The notes under the pieces: generated by a model
Databases searched by the model: none
What the model was told of the DNA's origin: nothing
What the model saw: only the letters and a program-made list of their open reading frames with translations
Shown: piece after piece, positions 28,895 to 37,151 of the stretch
How positions within the stretch are numbered: position 1 is the stretch's first letter
How the letters are laid out: the number at the start of each line of letters is the position of its first letter
Assembly: GCA_964406075.1 (NCBI GenBank)
Contig: CAYOQI010000005.1
Location: forward strand, 14,021 to 78,020
Source: an uncultured Pseudomonadales bacterium
GTDB lineage: Bacteria; Patescibacteriota; Microgenomatia; UBA1400; PJMF01
Direction of reading: 5' to 3'
DNA: 64,000 bases
Program-made: the position numbers and the translations under genes

Positions 28895-29812
28895 ATGAAA
28901 ATAATATTGATTGGCTATGGTTATTGGGGAAAAAAAATTTTCCAAACACTTCATAAAATAACTGAAGAAGAAATTATTGTTTTTGATAAAATTGTTACGC
29001 CTGAAGCTGAGGTAGAAATCCATAAAATTGAAGAATTTGATGGTTTCTTAAATACTTTAGAAAAAGGCAAAGGATTTTTTTTCATTGCCACCCCTGAGCA
29101 TACGCATTATGCGTTGGCAAAAAAAATATTACTTTGTGGTCAAAATGTTTTTGTAGAGAAACCGTTGTGTTTAAAACACCATCAAGCACTTGAACTGGTT
29201 AAAATTGCAAAAAATAATTCATGTTGCGTATTTGTAGATCGAATATTTCTTTATGACGAAGTGTATCAACTTATTAAGTCTACAGTAATGTTAGGAGCGA
29301 TAGGCTCGATTACTAACGTTAGTTCAATTCGTCATAGTAATAATATTTACAAGCCAAATTTATCTGTAATCGAAGATTTAGTTCCTCATGATATTTATCT
29401 CCTTAAAGATTTAATGAATGTATACCCGATTAAAACTGATGTTGAGATTATAAAAAAAGAAGGAAATCAGTTAATCGAAGTGAACTTAAGCTGGGAAGTA
29501 AAAGGATGTATTTGGCAGAATTGGTATAGTTGGAACACTCACGAGACGGAGAGAACTCTTCAAATTACTGGAACTTATGGAAGTATTCTTTGGAAAAAAG
29601 GTGAAAATGGTGATGAGTTACTTTTAACAAAGGGCATCGAAGAAAAAAAACATGTCTTTCAAAAAAAGGCTTCATCTCTCGAATTGATTATTAAGGATTT
29701 TTTTCAGACCAACTCGGAAGAGAATTTAGCTATCAGAGACACTCGATATGAGTCATATATTCATGAAATAGCTGTGCTAGAATCCATTCGTGTACAAAGT
29801 TCCACTCTTTAA
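28895..29812 (+). CDS. Gfo/Idh/MocA-family NAD(P)-dependent sugar oxidoreductase
   Basis: MKIILIGYGYWGKK Rossmann start and ATPEHTHYALAKKILLCGQNVFVEKPL, the signature EKP motif. Confidence 0.75.
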   Translation: MKIILIGYGYWGKKIFQTLHKITEEEIIVFDKIVTPEAEVEIHKIEEFDGFLNTLEKGKGFFFIATPEHTHYALAKKILLCGQNVFVEKPLCLKHHQALELVKIAKNNSCCVFVDRIFLYDEVYQLIKSTVMLGAIGSITNVSSIRHSNNIYKPNLSVIEDLVPHDIYLLKDLMNVYPIKTDVEIIKKEGNQLIEVNLSWEVKGCIWQNWYSWNTHETERTLQITGTYGSILWKKGENGDELLLTKGIEEKKHVFQKKASSLELIIKDFFQTNSEENLAIRDTRYESYIHEIAVLESIRVQSSTL

Positions 29813-30926
29813 TTTAACTAGCCAACACGCTCCATTAAAATCAGAAATTCTTCAAGAAGTATCAGATATTATTGATCAGACATCCTTCACCCATGGTCAA
29901 CAAACAACAGATTTTGAAAAATCTTTTGCCATGCTCTGTGCAACGAAATATGCGCTAGGAATGCGATCGGGTACAGCATCTTTATTCGTTGCTTTAAGTA
30001 CTTTACAACTTCAGCCCGAAGATGAAGTAATTACGACTCCGGCTACTTTTTCAGCAACTGCCGATGCAATCAAATTTGCAGGAGGGAAACCTGTTTTTGT
30101 CGACGTTCAACCTTTAACTGGAAATATTAATCCGAAAGAACTAGAAAAAAATATTACTCCTCGGACAAAAGCGGTGGTGATTGTTCACTTATATGGAGTT
30201 CCTTGTGATATGGATGAAATTATTAAGATTTGTAAAAAACACAAACTAGTTTTGATTGAAGATGCTTCACATGCACATGGAAGTTTATATAAAGGTGAAC
30301 CTGTTGGAAGTTTCGGTCGCTTTGGTTGTTTCTCCTTATACCCTTCTAAGACATTAGGAGCGATTGGAAATGCGGGAATTATTACCACAAATTCGTTGCA
30401 AGCGTATAAGTTAATTAACTTATACGCAAATCATGGGGTGAAATCTCCTGAAACAAAGTATAGACATCATGTAAGCGGCTACAATGAGTTAATTGATAAT
30501 ATTCAATCAGCCGTTTTACTTTTAAAGTTAAAAAAATTAAAAAAATGGATTAAGAGAAAACGGAATATTGCTGAGTATTACAATCAATTTTTTCAAAAAT
30601 ATGAACATGCTGGCATGGTTTGGCCTGAGTATGTTGAACCATCCTTATATGTTTATGCAATTCAAATCAAAGATAGGATCAGGTTTCAGGAACATTTTCA
30701 TAAAAAAAATATTCAAACTGGAATCTATTACCCAATCCCGCTTCACCTACAACCGTCAATGGAAAAACTTGGCTATAGTAAAGGTGATTTTCCTCTGGCT
30801 GAGCAATTTTTTGACCGTACAATATCTCTGCCACTGTATCCAGAATTAAGTGACAGCCAAGTCGAATATGTTGGACAGTCAATTACTTCTTTTTTTACCT
30901 CAAGTTTTGCTATCATTAAGAGATGA
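29790..30926 (+). CDS. DegT/DnrJ/EryC1/StrS-family sugar aminotransferase (PLP-dependent)
   Basis: GTASLFVAL ... IEDASHAHGS ... FSLYPSKTLGAIGNAG, containing the PLP lysine. GTG start. Confidence 0.85.
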   Translation: MYKVPLFNLTSQHAPLKSEILQEVSDIIDQTSFTHGQQTTDFEKSFAMLCATKYALGMRSGTASLFVALSTLQLQPEDEVITTPATFSATADAIKFAGGKPVFVDVQPLTGNINPKELEKNITPRTKAVVIVHLYGVPCDMDEIIKICKKHKLVLIEDASHAHGSLYKGEPVGSFGRFGCFSLYPSKTLGAIGNAGIITTNSLQAYKLINLYANHGVKSPETKYRHHVSGYNELIDNIQSAVLLLKLKKLKKWIKRKRNIAEYYNQFFQKYEHAGMVWPEYVEPSLYVYAIQIKDRIRFQEHFHKKNIQTGIYYPIPLHLQPSMEKLGYSKGDFPLAEQFFDRTISLPLYPELSDSQVEYVGQSITSFFTSSFAIIKR

Positions 30927-32971
30927 GTGGATCTCAACAATTTAGCTTTATCATTTTTTTAGTACTCCTGCTTCTCACACTCATTTTAGGAGAATCATTT
31001 CTACGATTTATCATATTGGGTACATGGTCAATTTACTTTTTGACTCATTGGAAGATCCTTCAATTTAATGCCATTATTCAACATAAATGGGTAGCATTCA
31101 GTTGGTTAGTTTATTTATTAGGTTTATTGACCTCTTCACTTTTTACCCACAGTATTCCATTCACTCTTGATTTTGTATTTTTCTCATTAACAGGGTTTAT
31201 AGTTTTTTGGTTTTTTGTTTTACTTCCAAAAGATTATTTTTCTCAAAAACTTTTTTCAGCGGGATTATTGGTTCTTGGTGTAATCATGACCTTCATTGGG
31301 ACCTATTTCTATTTTTCGCCAGGTTTAGCAGTAAATTTACCAGGAATGAACTTATTTTACTCAACATATGGACACAATCATTTGTCAGCATTTTTACTAT
31401 TACTTTTCCCACTCTCAATATCAAAGTTAGTTGAACAAACAGATCGAAAAAGAAAAACAATTTATGGATTTATCGTTCTTTTATTTGGACTAGGAATGAT
31501 ATTTAGTTTTGGTCGAATAGCTTTGTTGTTATCTGCACTTGAAGTATTGGTATTGCTCTTTTTTTACCGATCTCAAAAACAAAAAATTCAGTCCCGATTA
31601 ATAGTAAGCGGTTTTTTTGCCACTATTCTTATAGTCGCAGTTATATATGTTTTGTTTTCCTTTTTACCTGTCATTCATTCAAATTTTTCCTGTTCCGGAA
31701 TTTTGATACAAATACGGTTATGTAAAAACATTCAGGAGGAAGCGAGACCTTTATATTGGTTACAGGCTTTTTATGCTTTTCGTGAGTACTTTTGGGAAGG
31801 GTATGGTCCCGGAACATTCTCTTTAATTTCTCAGAAATATCAACAGTCTCCAGGAATATATACAGGGTATGCGCATAATGCTTTTTTTCAGCACTTTGCA
31901 GAAACTGGCTTAGTAGGTGGGATGAGTTTTCTGTTCTTAATTGCAGTTTTGTTGTATAAAAGTACACTGAGTTTTTTTAATAACAGAAAAAAAGATGTTG
32001 CGATTTTAATCGCTTTGTTGGTATCAGCTCTTAATGCTGGAGTTGATTTTGATTGGAGCTTTTCTGGTATTTTCTTGTTAACACTTATTTTTGGTGCTTC
32101 TTTACTGAGAAATGTCAGAGTCGAAGAAGTTACAAATTATGCTTCATCATTTGTCGTGAGAACCTTTCAAGTTTTGTTTCTTATGATTAGTACATTTTGT
32201 ATAAGTATCATGATTGTCAGTGCAATCACGGAGATACTCTTTATAAGAAAAGACTATGATCCTGTGATTCGTTTTTTTCCTTATATATCTTCTCAACGTC
32301 TGTTTTTATTTACTCCTGAACGAAGTGATTCCCAGAAAGATAAAATAATTAGAATCTACTTTTATCATTCCGATATGCAATTTCAGTTTGAAGAATATAT
32401 TCTTCAAAGAAAAATGTTGAGTAAAGAACAGTTAGCAAGTCAACAATTTATCATGAACCCTTGGAATAGAATATTTAATGAACTGAGTTCGATTGAACAT
32501 TTAAAAGTTGTTGATCTCAATGAATCAGAGCAATACTCGATATATATAAGGTTTTTAATAGATGCGAAACAAAAATATGGATATGAACTGTCACATGAGC
32601 AAATGAAAAAAATATTAGAGCAGTTCTTGCTCATAGCAGATGCAAAAGCGAACAAAGGTTCAATAGAAATAGCGGGTAATGATTATCTTTTAGCCTATCA
32701 ATTACACCCATGGATTATTAATGATCACAAACCTTTCTTTACTTCTCAACAATTAACTGCTGATCAAATTTCTTTACTAATTCCATTATTATCACAAATA
32801 AAATCAGATGACTTCGGTCAATATTCCGATGAATATGCAAGAATATATCTTCAGTTTGTTCTTGAAAAAGGAAGTGAATTATCTGAGGATGATCGACAAA
32901 TACTTCTTCAGCGTATTTTAGCGATTGCACCATGGAAGGAAGATGAGGTGAAAAACATTACTTTTGAATAA
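30923..32971 (+). CDS. O-antigen ligase/polymerase-like membrane protein (Wzy_C) with ~270-aa soluble C-terminal extension
   Basis: SFGRIALLLSALE and GYAHNAFFQHFAETGLVGGMSFLFL are Wzy_C motifs. The C-terminal third is helical and unrecognised. Confidence 0.65.
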   Translation: MSGSQQFSFIIFLVLLLLTLILGESFLRFIILGTWSIYFLTHWKILQFNAIIQHKWVAFSWLVYLLGLLTSSLFTHSIPFTLDFVFFSLTGFIVFWFFVLLPKDYFSQKLFSAGLLVLGVIMTFIGTYFYFSPGLAVNLPGMNLFYSTYGHNHLSAFLLLLFPLSISKLVEQTDRKRKTIYGFIVLLFGLGMIFSFGRIALLLSALEVLVLLFFYRSQKQKIQSRLIVSGFFATILIVAVIYVLFSFLPVIHSNFSCSGILIQIRLCKNIQEEARPLYWLQAFYAFREYFWEGYGPGTFSLISQKYQQSPGIYTGYAHNAFFQHFAETGLVGGMSFLFLIAVLLYKSTLSFFNNRKKDVAILIALLVSALNAGVDFDWSFSGIFLLTLIFGASLLRNVRVEEVTNYASSFVVRTFQVLFLMISTFCISIMIVSAITEILFIRKDYDPVIRFFPYISSQRLFLFTPERSDSQKDKIIRIYFYHSDMQFQFEEYILQRKMLSKEQLASQQFIMNPWNRIFNELSSIEHLKVVDLNESEQYSIYIRFLIDAKQKYGYELSHEQMKKILEQFLLIADAKANKGSIEIAGNDYLLAYQLHPWIINDHKPFFTSQQLTADQISLLIPLLSQIKSDDFGQYSDEYARIYLQFVLEKGSELSEDDRQILLQRILAIAPWKEDEVKNITFE

Positions 32972-32974
32972 AGT

Positions 32975-33616
32975 TTATTTTTTCAATTTGGTCAAGAAAT
33001 ACAGTAAAGGTATTTCAAGTGCTCTTAAAAGTATCCGAACATCTTTTTTAACCGAGCTAAATTTTAATGTTTCAGTTTCCAATTCTTCCCAAAGTTCTTT
33101 GGATGAGTGTCTAGATTTTGATAAAGCCCATAACGATAGAATACCTGGTCGTACAGTGTGTCTAATTTGCCAATGAGTCGGCAAATTTGAGGCTTCTTCT
33201 ACAGGTAAAGGGCGTGGTCCAATCAAACTCATTTCTCCTTTTAAAATATTAATCAGCTGAGGGATTTCATCCATACCTGTTTTTGATAAAAATTTTCCGA
33301 TACCGATAAAACGTGGATCATCAGAAATTTTAAAGGTTGGAAAAGGTGACTCATTCTTTTTGATCAATTTTTTTTGATCTTGGTGAGCTCCTTTGTACAT
33401 AGTTCTAAATTTGATCATTTTAAATGGTTTGTTATTTTTTCCGGTCCGTAGTTGTGTAAAGAATATTGGCCAACCACTGGTGAGCAGAATAGAAACAGAA
33501 ATGATTATCAAGAAAGGTATGAGTAGTATGAAGCCTACCGTTGAGAGCGTTAAATCAAAGATTCTCTTCTGTTTTGAAAAATAATATGAAGAAATAAAAT
33601 CGTGAGACGTATTCAT
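32975..33616 (-). CDS. initiating polyprenyl-phosphate sugar-phosphate transferase (small monotopic PglC/WbaP C-terminal type)
   Basis: KRIFDL ... re-entrant helix ... PIFFTQLRTGKNNKPFKMIKFRTM ... DEIPQLINILKGEMSLIGPRP, the bacterial sugar transferase family signature. Confidence 0.85.
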   Translation of the reverse strand: MNTSHDFISSYYFSKQKRIFDLTLSTVGFILLIPFLIIISVSILLTSGWPIFFTQLRTGKNNKPFKMIKFRTMYKGAHQDQKKLIKKNESPFPTFKISDDPRFIGIGKFLSKTGMDEIPQLINILKGEMSLIGPRPLPVEEASNLPTHWQIRHTVRPGILSLWALSKSRHSSKELWEELETETLKFSSVKKDVRILLRALEIPLLYFLTKLKK

Positions 33617-33641
33617 GATTAATCAAATTTGACCGAGGTTT

Positions 33642-34772
33642 TTAGTGACTTTTACCCGTGGTAACTAAGTACACTCCACTGAGTGTGAAGAAAAGACCTC
33701 CCAGTAATAGTAAAAGCGTTGTCTCAGAAGAGCCAGATACTGGCTGTTCTTGAGTCTGGGCAGGTTGTGAGACAGATTGTGCGGTAGGTACGGGGGATGG
33801 AGTGGAAGTTGCAGTTCCACCTGTACTCACACTGGTTGGAGTAGGTGTTCCTGTGGGAGTTGGTGTAGCCGTATTTGCCACATTGGGTGTTGCAGTAGCT
33901 AAAGATGTTGGTGTGGGCGTAGGAGAATTTCCACCAGCTCCTGGCGTTGGTGATGGAGTTGATGTGGCGACAGTTGTTGGTATAGGCGTAGGAGTATTAT
34001 TACCAGGAACTACGGTAGGAGTTGGGGCAGGTGTGTTAGTAGCCCCAGATCCAGAAGAAAATGTGTAGATTTGAGGTTCACCGGGAGTTCGTAAAACATC
34101 ACTTTTGGTTTGATTCTGAAGGATCTTAGATAAAGTAGGATTAAATGTAAGTGTCATACTTCCAGATTCAGGAACAGTGAATTGGAGTGTTCCGACGACT
34201 AAATCAGTGTTGTTGGCACTATACACACTTGGTGGTGTTGTAATGTACGCAACTGATAATTTTTTCCCCGTAGCGGTATCGATAAGTGAAGTAGTTACAG
34301 GATTTAGACCAGGGATCGTGGCTTGTGTGAAAGAAAGATTGGTGGGAATCGTACCAGAAATATCAGCTATATATTGGATCCCATCAATATTAATTTGTTC
34401 AACACCCATATTTATTTTCAAGATGAGAGTTTGTTCACTTCCTGGTGAAAAAGATGTTGATTCAGGAGAAATCGTAAGAACCGCAGTTCCTGTGGGACTT
34501 GAAGCTTGTTGGCGAATTTCTTGACTGGTTTGACTCAGATAAAAACCAACTCCGCCTCCGATGGTAACAATCATCAACAGTAGTCCACCTAAAATAAGTT
34601 TTATAGGAACTTTTTTGGGTTTGTTTATAGGAACAGGAGTAGCAGCGGTTGCCGGTTTTTGCAGAATTGGTGATTCTTGAATTGCTGAAGCAACTTTTGC
34701 TGATCCATTTGAATTAAAAGTTGATTGAGGGAAAATGCCAGCTGGTGGAGGATTAGGATAAGGAGATTGCAT
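33642..34772 (-). CDS. PT-rich anchored surface protein (N-terminal TM, beta-sandwich cohesin-like region, PT linker, C-terminal QPVSG + TM)
   Basis: The TM is followed by SQEIRQQAS. The hinge is SPTPGAGGNSPTPTP. The C-terminus is QPVSGSSETT plus a hydrophobic helix plus TTGKSH. The cohesin-like call is a tentative impression only. Confidence 0.65.
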   Translation of the reverse strand: MQSPYPNPPPAGIFPQSTFNSNGSAKVASAIQESPILQKPATAATPVPINKPKKVPIKLILGGLLLMIVTIGGGVGFYLSQTSQEIRQQASSPTGTAVLTISPESTSFSPGSEQTLILKINMGVEQINIDGIQYIADISGTIPTNLSFTQATIPGLNPVTTSLIDTATGKKLSVAYITTPPSVYSANNTDLVVGTLQFTVPESGSMTLTFNPTLSKILQNQTKSDVLRTPGEPQIYTFSSGSGATNTPAPTPTVVPGNNTPTPIPTTVATSTPSPTPGAGGNSPTPTPTSLATATPNVANTATPTPTGTPTPTSVSTGGTATSTPSPVPTAQSVSQPAQTQEQPVSGSSETTLLLLLGGLFFTLSGVYLVTTGKSH

Positions 34773-34791
34773 ATTTATAGTAGATTCAAAT

Positions 34792-35928
34792 CTATTTGTT
34801 GATTACCTCTTGAGGTTTTAATGCTAGATAAATCATTCCACCGACTGCTGTTAATGATAAACCAAGTACGAAGAAGAACAATGTATATTCTGCATTTCCA
34901 GAGATCGGTTTAGCACTATCTGTTGCGGGCATACTGACTGATGCACTTGATGGGGTGGGGGTCAGCTTCGGAATTGCCGTTGCTGTAGCCACAGGTGTGG
35001 CAGATGCAGAGGCAACTGGAGTTGCGGTTGCTTTGATGGTCGGAGAAGGACTTGGGCTCAATTGGGCTGAACCACTGGCTGTAAATGTTGGTTGAGCGGT
35101 AGTTCCAGCACTAGGAGATTGAGTGGGGTTTGTACTAGAAATAGGAGCGGCGGATGTGGTGGTAGTGGGTGATGGAGCTTGTCCTAAAGTAATAGTTTCT
35201 ACAGGGAGTTGCGGTTGTCCAACGGTTGTTGCGAGCTGGGCAGTTTCGGTATTCTTTTTTCCTTGAACAAATACTGACATTGGTGTGGAAGACGAAATCT
35301 GAGGGATACTCTTTCCATCGGTTGATCGAAGCTGGGCTAATGGAATCGCCCATGTTCCGGAAGAGCGTACTAACGCTGAAAGCTCTTGAGAGTTTTCGAT
35401 TGTGATATACACCATACTTCCTTCAGCTGGTGTAGAAGCGTTGGTCAGCACAGTACCATATATGGTTTGGGCTAGACTCGATCCACTTACCTTTGCTCCA
35501 GTTTTAATGGTATATGGTTGGCCATTGTTATCAAAAGAAGAAGTACTTCCAGTTCCCAAGGTGAAGAAATATGAGGTATTCGGTTGTAAACCTCTTACCG
35601 TGATGTGATGTGTCGTATAGGTTCCAACATTGCCAGTGAGCTGATCTCGATCATCACTTGCTTGAGATTTTAAGGCGTTTGCTGATGTTCCGTACTTTAA
35701 AAATCCAGCTGTTATATCTGTCGTGAGAAATGAAACGGTAAAAGAACTATCAGTAATATTGGTGATTTTAACTTGAGATGGAGTAGTCTCCGGCGTTGCT
35801 CTAGGAGAAAAAACACCAGGGCCCGAACCAATGAAAAAAATACCCGCTACTAAAGCGCCGAGTAAAATAGTGAGTCCGATGACGGTCGGAAACTTTTTTT
35901 CAAGTACTGATAATCTGGGAACTTTCAT
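34792..35928 (-). CDS. anchored surface protein with FN3-like domain and Ser/Thr/Pro/Ala-rich stalk
   Basis: N-terminal TM. VKITNITDSSFTVSFLT...YGTS...HHITVRGLQPNTSYFF is an FN3 / purple-acid-phosphatase-N type pattern. The C-terminus is KPISGNAEYT plus a TM plus KPQEVINK. Confidence 0.65.
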   Translation of the reverse strand: MKVPRLSVLEKKFPTVIGLTILLGALVAGIFFIGSGPGVFSPRATPETTPSQVKITNITDSSFTVSFLTTDITAGFLKYGTSANALKSQASDDRDQLTGNVGTYTTHHITVRGLQPNTSYFFTLGTGSTSSFDNNGQPYTIKTGAKVSGSSLAQTIYGTVLTNASTPAEGSMVYITIENSQELSALVRSSGTWAIPLAQLRSTDGKSIPQISSSTPMSVFVQGKKNTETAQLATTVGQPQLPVETITLGQAPSPTTTTSAAPISSTNPTQSPSAGTTAQPTFTASGSAQLSPSPSPTIKATATPVASASATPVATATAIPKLTPTPSSASVSMPATDSAKPISGNAEYTLFFFVLGLSLTAVGGMIYLALKPQEVINK

Positions 35929-36017
35929 GAGGCAGCAACTAATCGCTATTTTAAATATGTAATACTCACTGTAGAGAATACTTCAGAGAAGCACAAGGTG
36001 AAAAAAAGGCGAATTAC

Positions 36018-36041
36018 TTGAGATAACGTTTCTTATCTCAA
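36018..36041 (-). terminator. intra-operon hairpin (possible attenuator/terminator)
   Basis: TTGAGATAA-6 nt-TTATCTCAA, a 9-bp AT-rich stem, lies 9 nt after the stop of the 129-aa gene. On the minus strand a T7 run follows about 10 nt later. This is weaker than a classic terminator. Confidence 0.3.
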
Positions 36042-36049
36042 ACACTTTT

Positions 36050-36439
36050 TTAAAGTGAAGAGGGTGAAGGAGTGGAGGAAGATTGTGGTTGTGCAGAATC
36101 GGAAGCTATCTCCTCTACCGTTTCTATAAGTGATTCATCTTCTACTGGTACTTCCGTCACTGGAATACTGACCGAAAAACTTTGCAAATCTTCGTCAGAG
36201 AATCCTCTTCGACTTTCTATTTCTTGTAATGCATTTCGATCGATATTAGGGTTAAGTGGTAATGTATATCGTTGATAGTCTTCTGGAACTTTCGTTCTTT
36301 GTTGTGAAAGATAAATTTCAAATCCTATCCAAAAGAAAACGGTAACTAACGTAAAGATAAAAATACGTAACAAATCCTCTCGCTGACGCAAACCTTCTAG
36401 AAGTGAAAGGTAGCTGGTGGATGATTTTGTTTGTGTCAT
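36050..36439 (-). CDS. hypothetical single-TM protein
   Basis: 129 aa with TM IFIFTLVTVFFWIGFEIYL and an acidic C-tail. ATGA-type overlap with the PilO-like gene. Confidence 0.5.
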   Translation of the reverse strand: MTQTKSSTSYLSLLEGLRQREDLLRIFIFTLVTVFFWIGFEIYLSQQRTKVPEDYQRYTLPLNPNIDRNALQEIESRRGFSDEDLQSFSVSIPVTEVPVEDESLIETVEEIASDSAQPQSSSTPSPSSL

Positions 36440-37140
36440 ATGCTTGGTTCTGGAGTAGCAGAAGCTGAAGGAGTTTCTGACCCTTTTCCATAGTAGTGTA
36501 GCTCAAGTCGTAAGGTAGCTGAAATGTACTCTTCCTGATTAATAACTTCACCTTGATCATTAGTGGGGCGATTGGCTTTCGCTAAACTGATGGTATCTAA
36601 AGTGATGAGTGGTCGAACAAACAAGAGTTGTTCGAGAAAGTTGCGAAGCGATGTGTATGAGCCGTTTGTTGATATGACAATTTCTGTAGTGGTTGGTTGT
36701 TTTTGTCGGAATTCCAACGTTGACGCAGCATTTCGGATTGGTACTTCTTTCAGACTCAGATTTGAGACTGACAATTGATTTTCAACGGCGAGTTTTTCAA
36801 TAATTTTGAGTATTTTTTTGGTCTCAGGTTCTTGCGTGATAATCTCGTCTAAAAGGGGAAATTGATTTTGTAAAGCAAAGTACTCCACTTGAACTGAAGA
36901 AAGGGAAGCAACTTTTTTTGAAAGAGCTTCAGATGTAGTTCTTTTATCTTCAATTTCTTTTATGAGATCTGTCATAGTTAAAATAGTTGGACGAATAGCA
37001 AATACGGCGAAAAAAACCACCGCTCCAATTGTAAAGAAAAGTTCAGTTGAAACCTGGGCAACAGGCTTTTGGTAGAAAGCCAACAAAGCCTTTGAAACCT
37101 GTGGTTGAGAAGCAGATGATGAGTTAAATGAAGTAGCCAT
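36436..37140 (-). CDS. pilO: PilO-like type IV pilus assembly protein
   Basis: Bitopic protein: TM (FFTIGAVVFFAVFAI), a coiled-coil, then a ferredoxin-like C-terminal region. It sits directly downstream of the PilN-like gene. The assignment rests mainly on architecture and synteny. Confidence 0.5.
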   Translation of the reverse strand: MATSFNSSSASQPQVSKALLAFYQKPVAQVSTELFFTIGAVVFFAVFAIRPTILTMTDLIKEIEDKRTTSEALSKKVASLSSVQVEYFALQNQFPLLDEIITQEPETKKILKIIEKLAVENQLSVSNLSLKEVPIRNAASTLEFRQKQPTTTEIVISTNGSYTSLRNFLEQLLFVRPLITLDTISLAKANRPTNDQGEVINQEEYISATLRLELHYYGKGSETPSASATPEPSI

Positions 37141-37151
37141 GTGTTCGGTTT

